Part shown: in pieces, positions 41,731 to 55,169 of the stretch
Numbering within the stretch: position 1 is the first letter of the stretch
Layout: every line of letters starts with the position of its first letter
NCBI GenBank assembly: GCA_002633005.1
Contig: NMRA01000014.1
Location: 1,580,635 to 1,644,634 of the forward strand
Origin: Phoronis australis
Lineage: Eukaryota > Animalia > Phoronida
Direction of reading: 5' to 3'
Length of the DNA: 64,000 nucleotides
Notes under the pieces: generated by a model
The model's database searches: none
What the model saw: the letters and a program-made list of their open reading frames with translations, nothing else
What the model was told of the DNA's origin: nothing
Made by a program: the position numbers and the translations under genes

Positions 41731-44533
41731 AACGTTACTACGTCATCTCTTGCAACACAAAGTCATACCGATACCCTACAACAAGACGACGACGAATTTA
41801 TACTAACGCGCACACGTAAGAAGGAAAGACCACGAGTATAACATTCAGTGCATTAGTGCTTGGATTTGACATTACTTGTCCTCATGAAAAACAGCTCACT
41901 TCGGACAAAATACAGATAAACACAGTATCTCTGCTGAACATGAATCTTCATGATTGCTCAACTTGACATATTTTTTAATAGTGCATGGTGTTAGTTAAAT
42001 TCAGTCAAAATGTGACAACGAGAAATCTCCTAAACTGGTGCTCCAGAAGCGAGTCGCCATAAAGTGAAAAGGAATTTCTCGACTTCCAATCAATGGAAAC
42101 GACCGAATGTGTCCTCCGCTGTTCCGTATACCAATGACAACCCGGAAACATCAAGATATTACAATTCTACTCCGTTCAAACACCGCCTATGCCCTCTATT
42201 TCTTAGAAAATCATATTATATCAGACGGAATTTTACGAAAGCAGGAGACATTTTTCTATACTCGCTGACCATTCGCAATGCTTTGACTTTATTCCTGTCG
42301 TTTTCATGATTATGTTCGACGTCATTGTAGGTGCTTCAAGTCAGATGTCATTAAGTCTTGTACTAGTTAGTGCGTACTTTGTTCAGATTCTTGAAATCAA
42401 ATACTGAAATGTTGACCTGTGGCTATATTCACCCGCACAGGTAAGGAATGTACGACAATTACACTATTGCGTAGCCATTTTCCGATACGGTGGCGACTTA
42501 CGTAATGACGGAGAATTATCATATTCTATGGGCACCGCGTTTTATGGGGCCATTTTTAATCAAAGTGTTCAGGGTCAAGAGTGCGGGGCCTCACAGAGTA
42601 AGCGATGCTCAAAGGAGTGTTGGCATTGTAGTGCTGCTCAAAGAGCTTGCACACAAAAAGCGGTCCCCTAAAAGTGCAGAGACTCGCCAAGGCGCCTTGA
42701 ATTTACAGTTTGGATTTTTGCACTGTGAAATTACATAGCGGCAAAATCTGCAAAACTTAAATTTGCGCAAAATGTATATATTTAAGAAAAGTAGCATTCT
42801 TGATACTATAACTGTCACGTGACGAGAGCAGGGCCTCTGACTAGCGGCGGTGTGTGAACACCTGAAATAATTCAATTCCACCAACAAATTGCCCAGTAGA
42901 CACACTGTCTTCGTCATGCAGAAGCGGTACAAGTACTTCTTGTCCCTTTCATTACCTCCGTTAAAAGGAAGTGAGGCTCAGAAAACATGTTTCAAAACGT
43001 AAAATTGACGGTTTTCACCACACTTCCTTACCCAATGCTCAACACAACCCCACGTTAGGTTCTGAAAGCAAATTTACTACACATTTCAAAAATGTGGTCA
43101 CAACTGATGGCATCCGATACAACATTGCTACAGGGGCCTTTATTTTGAAAAAAGTGTATTTACAGCCGAACTAGTGGACTTTTGTCATTCCCAGCATGTT
43201 CACAAACACATGTAAACCAGATGGACTGAATCCNCATTTAATTAAAGTACACATCAAAACTACTGCCAAACCTGGCGTCCCCAAAAATCAATTCATAAGG
43301 AGTGTATATTTCCTGCGGCTACAGTCTAACTCTGTAGATCTTTCTCAGCAAGCGATCCCGAAGACTTGTCTCCCCTGGACCGACGGTGTCGCCACTAGCG
43401 TTCGGCACAATAGTGCTGAAAAAGGTGTGCGGTGAGTGGTGAAAGTGTGAGAAGAACTGAAAAAAATATGCCGAACAAAAAGTGCTATAGGACAGTATGT
43501 CGTAATGGGCTGTCACAACAACCAGAAGGAGTTGTACGCGTGAAAGCAACCAATATGCAGTCAACATGACAGAAAACGTCAAGATTGTCCGTGTTTGCCG
43601 CCGTTAAGATGTTTGTATTCCTAAGAAAGAAGCCAATAAGCCGGAGAGAATGGTTACGTTCAATAAACAGAAAATAATACAATAAAATTAAATAATTTTC
43701 TGTAATTGAAGAAACGTTGGGTCAAATGAAACTTTTTGTTTAAATTACGATGTTGACATTTCTCAAATATTGATGAAACTGAGTGAGCCGTGACATGTAG
43801 TGGAGCCGGCCGAACCACAAAATAAAAAATAATATGAATAATGACTTCATTTTAACAACACCAAGTGGTTCAAATCGCTTTTTGATATTGATTTACGTCA
43901 TTTCTTTTTATATGAAAGTGAGGTTTTAAGTCAGCAAACTGATATCGTACGGGGGTGGCGATCAGGTACAATATTTTCCCACGCCTAAAGAAAAATAACA
44001 GTTTTAGGTACCGTTTTATGAAGTTTGTGTCCAGATAATCTTTTTTAAAAGTATCATTATCATGACGTCGGTTGTTAGTGTTAAGTTTGAATATTAGGGA
44101 TCAGTTACACATGACACGTTATCGGCATCTGGAATTGCGGTTATTCAAGACTAGCAGAAGAGTCATATGCAGTTTGTTTTTCTCACTACTGTAAAATTTG
44201 TGCATGTTTTGGGAGTTGGGAGTATGACGGGTAATTAAATAACTAGTGAAGGTACTCATATTCAAGTGTACTGTTAAAAATCGAACATGCAGGTAAGATC
44301 TATCCATTACTTTGCTTCTTGTCGGCGACTCTTCTCGTCTCCGAATCACAAGCCTGAAGCAGACGCAATCTTCTCAATTTGATTTAGTTTGGTAAACAGA
44401 GCCCTGCAATATTACAAAATACTTACTGATAGCCAGTGACTTTGGTAATGAAGTAGACTGCGACTCTGCCATGATTTAAATGAATTAAATATGCTTCTAC
44501 GCTATCACTGGTGCTGAACTGCATTGGTTTCAG

Positions 44534-44923
44534 TACACACGCTCACAATGCTACGAAAAGTGGCACTGCCGAATGTTGTTCAACACGACTTCTCATTGGT
44601 TAAAGTAATGAAGCCGACGTCATAACATTGAAACGTGGGATACCCTTTCAGTTTATTGTTACGTAGTATGGTGACCACCATGAAATTGAATAGTTGCAAG
44701 TTAATAAAACGGGCAGTGATCGAAGTAAAGAAAATCAAGGTAACCCCGATCCAGTGGCTTAAGCCCAAACAAGTATTTTGCAAGAAGACGCGTGCAAGGG
44801 TGGCGATGTGATCGGTATACTTCCGACCAAGGCATGCGCATTGATGCCCACACACGGAATTCCATGTGTCGTCAATCACATTTACACAGGGCCTCAGTAT
44901 AGGTGGCGCTGTGTCAGCAGATA
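44534..44923 (+). mobile_element. Non-autonomous AcademH-like element, copy 2
   Basis: TA...TA termini; 9-bp TSD TGGTTTCAG (44525-44533) / TGGTTTCAT (44924-44932); contains WLKPKQ...GGDVIGILPTK remnant. Confidence 0.75.
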
Positions 44924-46861
44924 TGGTTTCATCGCCTTAAAGTCGCGTGATCACGTGATCACGTAATGGTGGTCTCTGTATTTTCATAGGTCAATAGCTA
45001 GATGGCGATAGAATATTTGGCTCACAGAGCTGAGGGCCACCTACTGTATATCAACTAACAATAAGTCTTAGGTGGTGATTTTAGTCAGTGGGCCCTGAGC
45101 TGTAGTCGAACATTTGGCGAGTACTTTCACCTGACAATTCACTTTTTCGAATATGACTAAATAAAGTTTTTTCAAAGCATTATTTACAGTGTTACTACAT
45201 TTTAAGTTGCCAACTTGCTGTAGAAACATTTTACACGGTTTCAACTAGAGGGCGGTGTGAGGTTGTTTATTATGTTCTGCTTATTTAAGATGACCTGTCG
45301 AAAGGGCATGATTTGAGGATAAGTTTTATAGAAACGGCTTGCTTTAAATTTCATTCTATAGTGACTTTAACGAAAATGAAACCGAAAGAGGGTCGTAAAA
45401 TTTTCTGTGTGCACTGAGCGTAACCGCAATTACAATGTTTATGTGGAGTCATAAGAAACAACAATTAAAATTAAAAATGTCATTGACATAAAGTACTGGG
45501 AGAATGGACACAACAACAAGGAGAACAGGGCCAACTTAAAAGTTGGTTTCCGCAACAATTACAATCATTTCAGAACATAACTGATAATTTTATATGAGTA
45601 CGTGACCAATGTAATACTAAACGTTGGCTGTTCGTCTTATACAGTGTGTGCGATAGGTATGACCAACAGCACACAAATGAACTGCATCAGCCTTTATCAA
45701 ACCGCAAACAAAGATCTGATGGTGTACGTTTTACTTAGTAGATTCTTTCGAAAAATGGAATGAATAATTATTCATTTTCAAACATGTTTGAAGAACGACG
45801 CCACTTGAAACATTGTTTGTCATGAATAACTGACACCAATTGTATTTTCAACAAATGAAAGGTGCCAATTCCTCATTAATTTTACAAAAAAGTCAATTTT
45901 TTAGTAATTGTTATCACATCTTCGTATACAATTGACATATTGCAACATAGCTTTTGACTAAAATGGAGAAATTTAGAAGTTTGATTTGAAATTTCAACAA
46001 TGGGATGAATGCTGAACACTATTCAATTTGTTGGCTTTTAGCACGCCTCATAATCATAAACATGGAATTACACAAATCTATGTTCCATATTACATATATT
46101 TTCACTGGGCTCACCCAAATTGTTTCAAAAGTGTTACCTATAGATTGTAAATGACTATTTACATCAATGTAGAGAAGGACACTATGAGGCTAGGAGAAGA
46201 TTCTGAAGTAGTCGTCGAGTGGATCGTTGTTTGGATTTGATTACTTCTGGAAAACTGTTTGCTATTGATGTCCATGTTATTCGTGCCGGATGGCTTGCAG
46301 GCAGTGAGTTGCATGGCGACACCATGTGGCGACATCATGCGTTAGGACAGGGTAACACCTTGATACACCTGTGTAAAGTTGTCGTCACTCAACCGTGGCG
46401 TTATCGCTGACCGCGTCAAAACACCGGCCGAATTTATCTCTGAGCGTATGCCAAGTGCGTTTTACAGCCTGAATGTTTAGACTATACGACTGTGAGTTTA
46501 ACTCAAGGAACCTTTTTGAAACGCGAACTGTTCATTCAGGTTTGAAGTCCAACGAAAGACGAGTGACTCACGTTCGTTTAGTTTGGGAACAGTACAAGTA
46601 ACTGTCACGTGGTCCATACCAGGGCGTACAGAGGCTGAACACAGATAATTGGTTTTCCTCTTACGTAATGAAGCACAATGGTAAAATAAACTGGAAATAG
46701 CGAAGTTGTTGGGAGTAACTCTCGTTGGATTTTGTGTCTCTTTGTGTAAAAACATACTCGAAAAGGATGACGTTGCTTGTCAACTAATATAAAACCTAAC
46801 ACGAATAGAACATACATTTAACAAATATCTGAATAATTTGGCAGCAAACCCTCATGTAGAC

Positions 46862-47020
46862 AAAATTTGTTGAACAGACAACAATGTTCACGATTAATTT
46901 TGTCAACGATTTTCGCTCGAGCTTTTTGCATCTTGATGATCGTCAACGATGAAGAAAGCTAGAGCGAATGTTCGTTGAAAATTATTAATCGTGAACATTG
47001 TTGTATGTTCAACAATTTTT
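46862..47020. repeat. Imperfect palindrome (~160 bp), probably the core of an old MITE
   Basis: ttgttgaacagacaacaatgttcacgattaat ... attaatcgtgaacattgttgtatgttcaacaa with near-continuous pairing to a central gatc; weaker symmetry extends to about 46797-47092. Confidence 0.85.
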
Positions 47021-47405
47021 AACCTATATCTGTGAATGTTCTTAATAAGTTTTATTAGATATGAGATGGGAAAAATAGCTTAACTCGTGTTTTTTTCTAC
47101 GCTGAATCTAATTCAGCTAGCAGTGAACAAGTATGAACAATAATTTGTAGTCGACTGTGGTTAGTCAGAAAACGCTCAATGAACTGTCACTTGTTTTTCG
47201 AATAACTAGTATATTGAACCTAACCATAGGAAATTTTGGACTAGCACTTCATAATATGTGAGTACAATTTTTGACTGTAGAACAAGGAACACATTCTCAA
47301 AATAGAGCATGCCCACGTCTTGTACGCACAGGGTCACACGCCTGTAATGGTCAAATCCGACTGTTTGTTTCGTTCACCTAGGTTATTAGAAAATAGATAA
47401 CTCAC

Positions 47406-47566
47406 CCGATTCCAAAACCCGTTCCGTGGGAGTAACGTTTCTCCGTGTCCCTGAAAATATGACTGACGTCGGCGGGTGTGTAGTGCGCCGAGGTCGTGGG
47501 GGTAGGAGCTTCTCTACCGGCCTGTGCTCGTGCCTGCCGAATTAATATCCGGGCAATCGCATCCAT
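47406..47566 (-). CDS. Candidate innexin variable first coding exon V3
   Basis: ACCATGG Kozak context; 53 codons + 2 nt: MDAIARILIRQARAQAGREAPTPTTSAHYTPADVSHIFRDTEKRYSHGTGFGI-GG|GTGAGT. Phase 2, in frame with the innexin exon. Similar to V1 at the N-terminus and to V2 in the C-terminal half. Confidence 0.75.
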
Positions 47567-47589
47567 GGTACATCGTTGCAATTTTACGG

Positions 47590-47832
47590 TTGCTGAGTCA
47601 AAACTTGTTCTTAAGTGACGATGACTAAGGTTAGACGATCAGACTCGATGTACCTGTGGTAACGTGTACCAATGGTTTCCAAGGTAATTATATTTTAACC
47701 AACTTCTCCTATGTCCTGTCCAGATGCGCCATGAACCCAATTTGTCAAAAGATTTTATCCGCCGGATGTAAACCATTGCAGATTGCTGGTCTCAATTTTT
47801 GGAGTGTGACGTCAACCAAACCCCGCCCCCTG
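47590..47832 (-). promoter_or_regulatory. Pol II promoter candidate for V3
   Basis: GC box GGGGCGGGG (47829-47821), perfect CRE TGACGTCA (47807-47814), AP-1 TGACTCA (47594-47600). The GC box + TGACRTCA module mirrors the V1 promoter. Confidence 0.55.
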
Positions 47833-50800
47833 CCACGTTAAAGGTGTTGCTTTTTAGCATATCGCTGACAGCGAATTTAAAGAATTCTGTGCTATCTTGC
47901 AACTTTAGCTATAATATTTCCATTAAGCAATGCACCTGTGCCGGTTGTCTAACCAAAGGAGATAAATGAGTCTTGGAGTTTATGTTCCCAGCATGTCTGG
48001 TCCTGGCTTGTTTGTTGATTTTGCTTAAACTTTACAATGTAGCATTCGAGGAACCGTGATGAGCCAACTAGACTTTAGTTATAAAGTTAAATAAATAACT
48101 AGAGGTGTTGAGTGTCAGGACTCAGTAAACAAACTGACCTATGACAGTTTTCACCCGAAGACTGGTGCCGAGTATGATGTGGGTGTCAAGGAATGACAAA
48201 AATATGCTACCTGACCGAGTCTGACTTGAAGGTCCGAGTTGTGAAAGATTGTTCAGTACTGTCGAAATGTTTCACTGTAAAACACTGTTGCACAAAGGTG
48301 GGTTTCGCATGGTGTGTGCACAAACACTTTTATAAGAGTAAAACCTACGTGTAATTGTCCCCTTGAAATTATGTAAAACTTGCTTTCTCATAAGAAGTTT
48401 CCTCGAAGAAATCAGGAATAAATTTTAGATATTACACTGATTTGGGTTTTGTACATAACAAATCAAAATTGTTGAATTCCATTAATCCTACTATGGAGCG
48501 ATAAACGAGTTTAATGTTACGGTCACGTTTAGTGTGGACTGCGACTTGCGCAGTTTCCACCGAGTGCGAAGTGAAGTTTATACGCTATACGTCATCCTGT
48601 GGTGAAACAACTCGCTTCACGAAAAATCAGTCCGTTTCAGAATGCATTTTTCATCGCTAAATCAAATATTCATATAACGGAGACATATTCCGAAAAAGTT
48701 GTATGTTTTATTGTTTTATAAAGATTTTTAATGGCCTTTTGAAAGAGACTCACCCAAAATCTTTGGTTACGACTCCAAAAAGTCACAATTCATGAAAATG
48801 CTTTAAAAGTTATCAACTAATACACGTCGGTTACTGTTTGTGAATAGTGAGCGCCTGCCGGAATCTTTGCGAATACAAGATACATGAACATGTAGGTACA
48901 GGACAAGCAGACATGCGCATCCGTTCTTTCTTCAATATACAGACAATGCTTTAGATTCCCGCTCTTTATAAGATGTTTATGGCTTAATTAGACTTTTTGT
49001 TTTTGATTGACTTACATATTGTTAGGAGAGAAATCAGGTCACCGTCTGTAAAAATATTGTTAAGATTTGCTTATGGACATGTTTGAGTTGACCTGTAATA
49101 TAACTTTTCTACATTGTTTGAAGCAACGTCGCAAGGATTGTTATTTCCAAGAACGGGCTATACAGATGTCAATGTAAGATCAAAGTTAAGTACGTATGCA
49201 ACGATTAAATGTAATCTTAATCTTGAAAATTATAATCTCAAATAAGCTGGATTTGCCTCAGTTATGGTGCTCTAGTAACGAGTTGATGATTGAACAAGGT
49301 GACCATTCATATATTGACAGTTTTTTATTGTGTTCTTTCAGATCACCTCAAATTATTAAAGATGATTATCATTTTGTTTGAGTTTTTCTTCATTTAGTGG
49401 ACCAAGGATAAACTTTAAGCAATTAAGTGTTGATGAAGTGTGACAACATACTTTAAGTTCAAAAATCCTGACTTGGCAATTTGGTGAAATGTGTTCCTCA
49501 TTCACCCACTTTTGGTGCAAAGCAACTGCACAATCTTGCAGAGATTGAAATCTGTGTTTTTGTAGTGTACTACGGTCCCAAGGCCTCGAAGTTGTAAAAC
49601 AGCATATGTGTAACATTTTAAAAGTGATTTAAAACTGCTTGTTTGCTTAGAAAGGACGCTCGTAAACGGAATTCAGAATGCACTTTATCCCCGAAATTTC
49701 AATTGCAGTTAGCTTTCAGAATGACTACCACGTACTGGGGGTAATTATAGACGCAAGCGTGATAACGACGAAAGGTTTTCCACTGTTTAATAGTCTTACA
49801 GATAACTGAGCACTCTGTTTCGCATATTTTCATTGAGATTTTAGGTTTGCAATTTCAAACGAGTTCTAGCTCGTGGCTGACGAATCCAACGCACCATTTA
49901 AACTTGCGATACTTCCGGCGATTTATGTAGGTTGTATGGCTGGTAAAAGGTTAAGGCCTCGTGTGGCGACATTAGGGGTGTCAAATATCGCGGAAAACTA
50001 GCTTACCTATGCTTCAGTAATAATCAGTCAGACTGATAATGTAAACACACGGGGCTGGAGAATTACTCTATATGTGCTCTACATGTCAATCTGTTTTAAT
50101 AATTACCTCGTAAATGGCTTAGCCTAATCACCACAGACTCATCTTAGTATACATACGTTTTCTTTAGGCAGTTTTTTGTGCCTTAAAGTGACACCGTTGT
50201 ATTTCACTACGTCGTAACCGACGTCTGTTAATCAGTTCATCCTGCTCACGAACACATCAAGATTTAATTAACTCTGCAGAAGAGTCCTTTACATGAGACT
50301 ATTTTAATTATGGAAAAGTAAATTTTCGCTTTACTGCATTTGTTGTTAATTTCATTGTCCCCCGATATTGTTCTTTTAGTGCTTAAGTAAGCGTATTGTG
50401 TGGAGCGACAGAATCTTTCTTTCCACATGGTTTTTAGAACGGCATCGTTTCTTGCGCGTTAAAATGTGCTTATTTAACGCGTACAATTAATTATTCTACG
50501 AAGAACAATTATTTCACGCGTACCTATAATATAATCAGCGCGCGTACTTTGCCTCAGTACGTCTGCTGAATTGTATCCATTCAACGATTACAAGCGGAAG
50601 TCTACACAGTTTTCTTAGAGTAGTCAGGGTAAATGTTCACTTTCAGTACGCTTAATGAAACAAAGTAAACATCCCCATTCTTCATCGAATCTGTGCGTCC
50701 AATAAGCGCATTTTCACGCGCTCGTCTAAGGGCATTTTGGCGTTTCATAACTTCAACGTATGGCGAGGTAGACGTGCTGTTTTGAGAAACATTACGTCTG

Positions 50801-53800
50801 TTTGAGTAACATAATTACAACTTAATTACCTTGTTGTAGGCCATACCTGGGTATGAATCAGACCGAAATAACCACACGAGGATTATTATGTGGAAAACAA
50901 ATGTGGTCCAGCCTGCAGTTGAATGAACGCCGGAAGATACCTCCAGCGAGAATGGTGACGATACGCACACGCATGACACATGCTCGTTGTGTTGACTGGT
51001 TCTGCCGCACATAAAGCGAGTAACAAATCGATTTCACAAGGTGCACAACAGATTATGAAATTGTAAGACCACAGCTTTCGCACGTTCGTGTTTGTACTCT
51101 TGTATTGTAATTCTTCAGGATGCTCGAACAACGTGACTGCCATATAAACATAATTTATTCACCTGTAAAAGGGTTTAAGGGTACGAAACAAACACGACTC
51201 ACCGACCACCAAAAACGGTTCACGGACTGTCAGTGAGTCGCGTTTGTGAGCACGAGTTTTTGGGGGTGCCTAGTGAGCAAGCCGTCTTTCGAGAGCCGCG
51301 CTTGTGCGATAGCAAATATATAGTTACACAGTATACAGTATCTTTGGCGATAGCTATGTCGTATTTGAAAGTCGGAGAAACGAGTTTATCTTGTAGATGA
51401 CCCGTGTTTATAATTCAGCAAACTATTCTGAATAATTATTCAGATGTTCTAGTGGTGTAGGCGACGGCTTCTCGATCGGAAATGGGGTATTCCAGAGCAT
51501 ACATCAGAACAGATCCAGGATAAGAGAAGATAACGAGGAGACCGGACTACAATCGAGCACTTGACGATCTCCAAGAGCATTCTTTCTAAAACTGTTGATT
51601 TGATGGACTTGTTGGGGGGCGGTTGGGTTTCAAATTTTTTCGCTGCCTCGAACATGACGGCGGAATCGGAAATTCAAATCTCGAGGACGTCACTAACTAC
51701 TTTCATTAACTCACCGATTTACCGGTTGGGTTGCAAGGTGCATGTGTTCGCGTAGTGGCGGAAATCACCTTCAAAAACTCGTTTACCCATCGCGAATTTA
51801 AAAAAAGGCTGATAAAAATGGTAGAATATTTCTTTAAGATTATGTAGAACCTTATTGACTTGTCGTTGTATTAAACCAAATATCTACAAAACTATAGAGT
51901 TTAATTCAGTAAAAGTTTACATTTTTTTAAAGCAGAAAGCGGTAGCATTTTTATCATTAAAATAGTTGACTTTATACCAATCTGCTCAGTTACGTGACCA
52001 TGTGTTTTATGTAAAACGTAGCAAAAAAGAAAGGCACATCTACAGCAAAACAAGAACATCACCAAATTTAAATGTTCAAGATGAAATTTCAAAAAACGCC
52101 GCTACAGTTTTCTAAATTATTATTTCGTTTTGGTTTTATGAAACCTTTGAGTTTCTTCATAAGAATAGTGCAAAAGTAGAAAGTTTTAAAAACAATTCTC
52201 AACAGCGAATCCGATCAATAGTTCGTGTCAGGTACGATGTTCCGACGTTTGCCAAATTTGGCCATTTTTCGAGAGTCCTAGGCAACCTTAAACCTTTTAT
52301 CCAGCAAGAAAAAGATTCAGAGTCCACGATCCCTGCTACGTGAATATCTTACGACTCAAGATTAGTATGGAGGCTTATTAATAGTTTATATGTCAAATAC
52401 TGACATGTTTAGTAGTAAGAATCAAATCAACATAATACATCGACCTTAAATATTTATCCAAATCGCTATATATATGTTAAGCCGGTCTAAATATGCCAGT
52501 TGGGTCTGCGTTAATCAGAGCAATCTGCTGATGGGAAAAGTGAGAACACACATGTTCTTTCCTAGTGCCTTTCAATGATATATGCATGACATTGACAAAT
52601 GTAACTTAAAGATAAGTTTTCTTGACTATTCCAACTTACTTCATTATTTTACCATCAACATAGGTCTATGTGCTTTATATGGTGAGTACTATAAGGCACG
52701 ATAGCGTGTGACGGTACAAAAGAGTGGCCGTCACAAAGAAGAACTTCAAAATCCAAAGTACTAAGTACCCTTTTGAGAAACATTGATGTCAAAAACACCA
52801 TTCCTAGAAATAGATTCTATCGATTCTATCACTTAACGCTCTAAAAGTAGTCTCAGCTTGACCTTTACTTAGAAAAAGTGACTAGATTTTATTTCGTTTT
52901 CAAGCGGTATCTCGGCACCTCCAGAGGCGCTCGGCCCTTACTGCCCACGTCTACTATGACAGTGAGTTGTTCGACATAATGAAATGGTTTGATAAAGAAT
53001 CATTTTTAACATTCAAAGAACACATCTCAATCGGGTCCATGCTATTCATCAGTTGCTGCGAGTATTGGCCCTGGCGGAAATAGTCCGTATGAATGGAAAC
53101 CGCTCGGTGAATCTTCACATGCAGACAGCTATTAAAATGTAAAGAGAACAGAACGAAGACACACCCTGTACCACATGCGAGTGCTCACTTCGAGTTTCCG
53201 AGCCAGCTAAGGAAAGAATTTAAAGAGTGAGTACCCAAAGGCAGTATCGAAATGTTCAGTCTTCCGTCTCGTCCACTGTGCTAAAAAGGCACACTAAGGG
53301 TCAGTTAGCTGCGGATGCACGCTTCTTTCGGTTACACCGCATTCACCTAAGTGCGGACAATTTCGGGCCTCTAGGATGTTTCTGAGCAGGGCCGTATGAA
53401 GAACCGTAAGATGGCGCTATGGAGACTGAGGTGCATATCAGTGACGAGTCGCATGAAACTGTACCGAATGAAACAGTCTCGCTAAGGCGGAGATACTGCA
53501 AGAATTGCATAGTATAAGACAAATATTTGGCGTAGAAAGAATTGGCTATTTCTAGTGCCGCTGCAGACTGAGGTCAAACTAAGTTGGCTCCGTTACCGAA
53601 CACGAGGTAGAGTTGCAAGTTTATGTTAGTGTACGCCTTAACGCAGCTCACAAACATCAATCCAAGTTATACTGCTGTTGCGGCTAAGTAGGCTAACGAA
53701 CCAACAACATGCACCGTGGTGACACCCAGACTTAGCTGTCTGTAAGCCAAGCATGGCCAATTAAAGAGAAATAAAGATTAAGCCATCATAGGTGCATAAA

Positions 53801-54042
53801 CTCTGTAATCAGTCACGGCAATCACAAAACTCGTTAGTGGCGAAGGAAAGCTAATCTTGCATATTTTTGACTCTGAGTCTACATTAATGCTGCTATAAAT
53901 AAGTGTTCGGTCAAAGAAACGAAATTTTGATTTAGACCAATTATCACTATAAAGTTTGATGGCTCATGAAAGTGACTCAAGTCAGAAAATTTGACAACCC
54001 CCACTTCACTTTTTGGCAGACATTGTCAACAGATCATGATTC

Positions 54043-54418
54043 TACCCTCTGACTCAGCGCCACCTATACTGAAAAGTGTCCCTGTGCCGGAAACATGATG
54101 AACAACACACGAAATTCCGCGTGTGGACCTCAGTCCGCATGCCTTGGTCGGAAGTATATCGATCACATCGCCACCACTTGCACACGTCTTTATGCACTGC
54201 ACTTGTTTGGACTTAAGCCACTGGATCGAGGTTCCCTTGATTTTCTTTACTTCGGTCACTGCCCGTTTTAATAAATTGCAAATATTCAAGTCAAAAATGG
54301 TTTCAACCAATGGGAATGACTGAGTGTTATGACGTCGGTTTCATTACATTAACCAATGAGAAGCCATATTAAACAACATTCGATAGTGCTACCTTTCGTA
54401 GAACTGTGAAAGAGTGTA
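54043..54418 (-). mobile_element. Non-autonomous AcademH-like element, copy 3 (inverted)
   Basis: TIRs TACCCTCTGACTCAGCGCCAC / GTAGAACTGTGAAAGAGTGTA; degenerate 10-bp TSD ATCATGATTC / ATTATGGTTC; IQWLKSKQVQCIKTCASGGDVIDILPTK. Confidence 0.75.
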
Positions 54419-54548
54419 ATTATGGTTCATAAATAATCGATGGAATTCATTCTGCGTAACTAACACTGTGAGTATATTTTCAGAGGCTCTGTACTATTGC
54501 TGTGGTTATATAAGATTTTCTTTCGTAATACTTGATTTTTAGATTTAA

Positions 54549-55169
54549 GGTAACTGTGAACTTAATTTAACAGGTTGTATTTATGTGCAAATATTGTAAA
54601 TTCTGTTAGCTCCAACCCCTACAAAGTATATACTTTTGAAAGGTGACTAAATTTCCTTACAAAACCTATTATTCTTACTTACTTTTGTTTATTTTTTAAT
54701 GAGCAGTGCATTTTTAGTAAAAAATTGACTCTGAACAGAGATTTTAAAAACATTGTTCTTCCAATCCTATTGGTCTTTTGTCAACATGTTGATACCGGCA
54801 TTTTCGAAGGAACGTGTCTCAGATTTTTTAAATAGGTCCTAGTCTTTCAGAAAGATGTCTTCAAAAATCAAGATCGTTTTTGCTCAAAATGCTCTAAAAA
54901 GTCGATAATTAAAAAACTAAGACATATAAAAAAATCTGAGAAACGGTTCCCTCTAAAATGCCGGTATCAATGTGTTGACAAGAGACCAACATAACTGGAG
55001 GAAAAATATTTTTAAAATTTCGTGACTAAATAAAGACAACTAAATGAAAATAATAAATTTTGTTAGGAAATTTATTCTCCTTTCATATATACTTTGTAGG
55101 GGTGAGAGCTAACAAAATTTAAAATATTTGCACATAAGTAAAACCTAGTAAACAAGGTTCACAATAACC
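54549..55169. mobile_element. Palindromic Kolobok-type MITE
   Basis: TTAA on both sides (54545-54548, 55170-55173); termini GGTAACTGTGAAC / GTTCACAATAACC; arms of about 250-300 bp are inverted copies (e.g. ttgataccggcatttt / aaaatgccggtatcaa). Confidence 0.85.

Noticed and set aside
46157-46337. ~59-codon Ser/Thr-rich minus ORF (MMSPHGVAMQ...)
   Set aside because: No credible splice donor and no recognisable homology.
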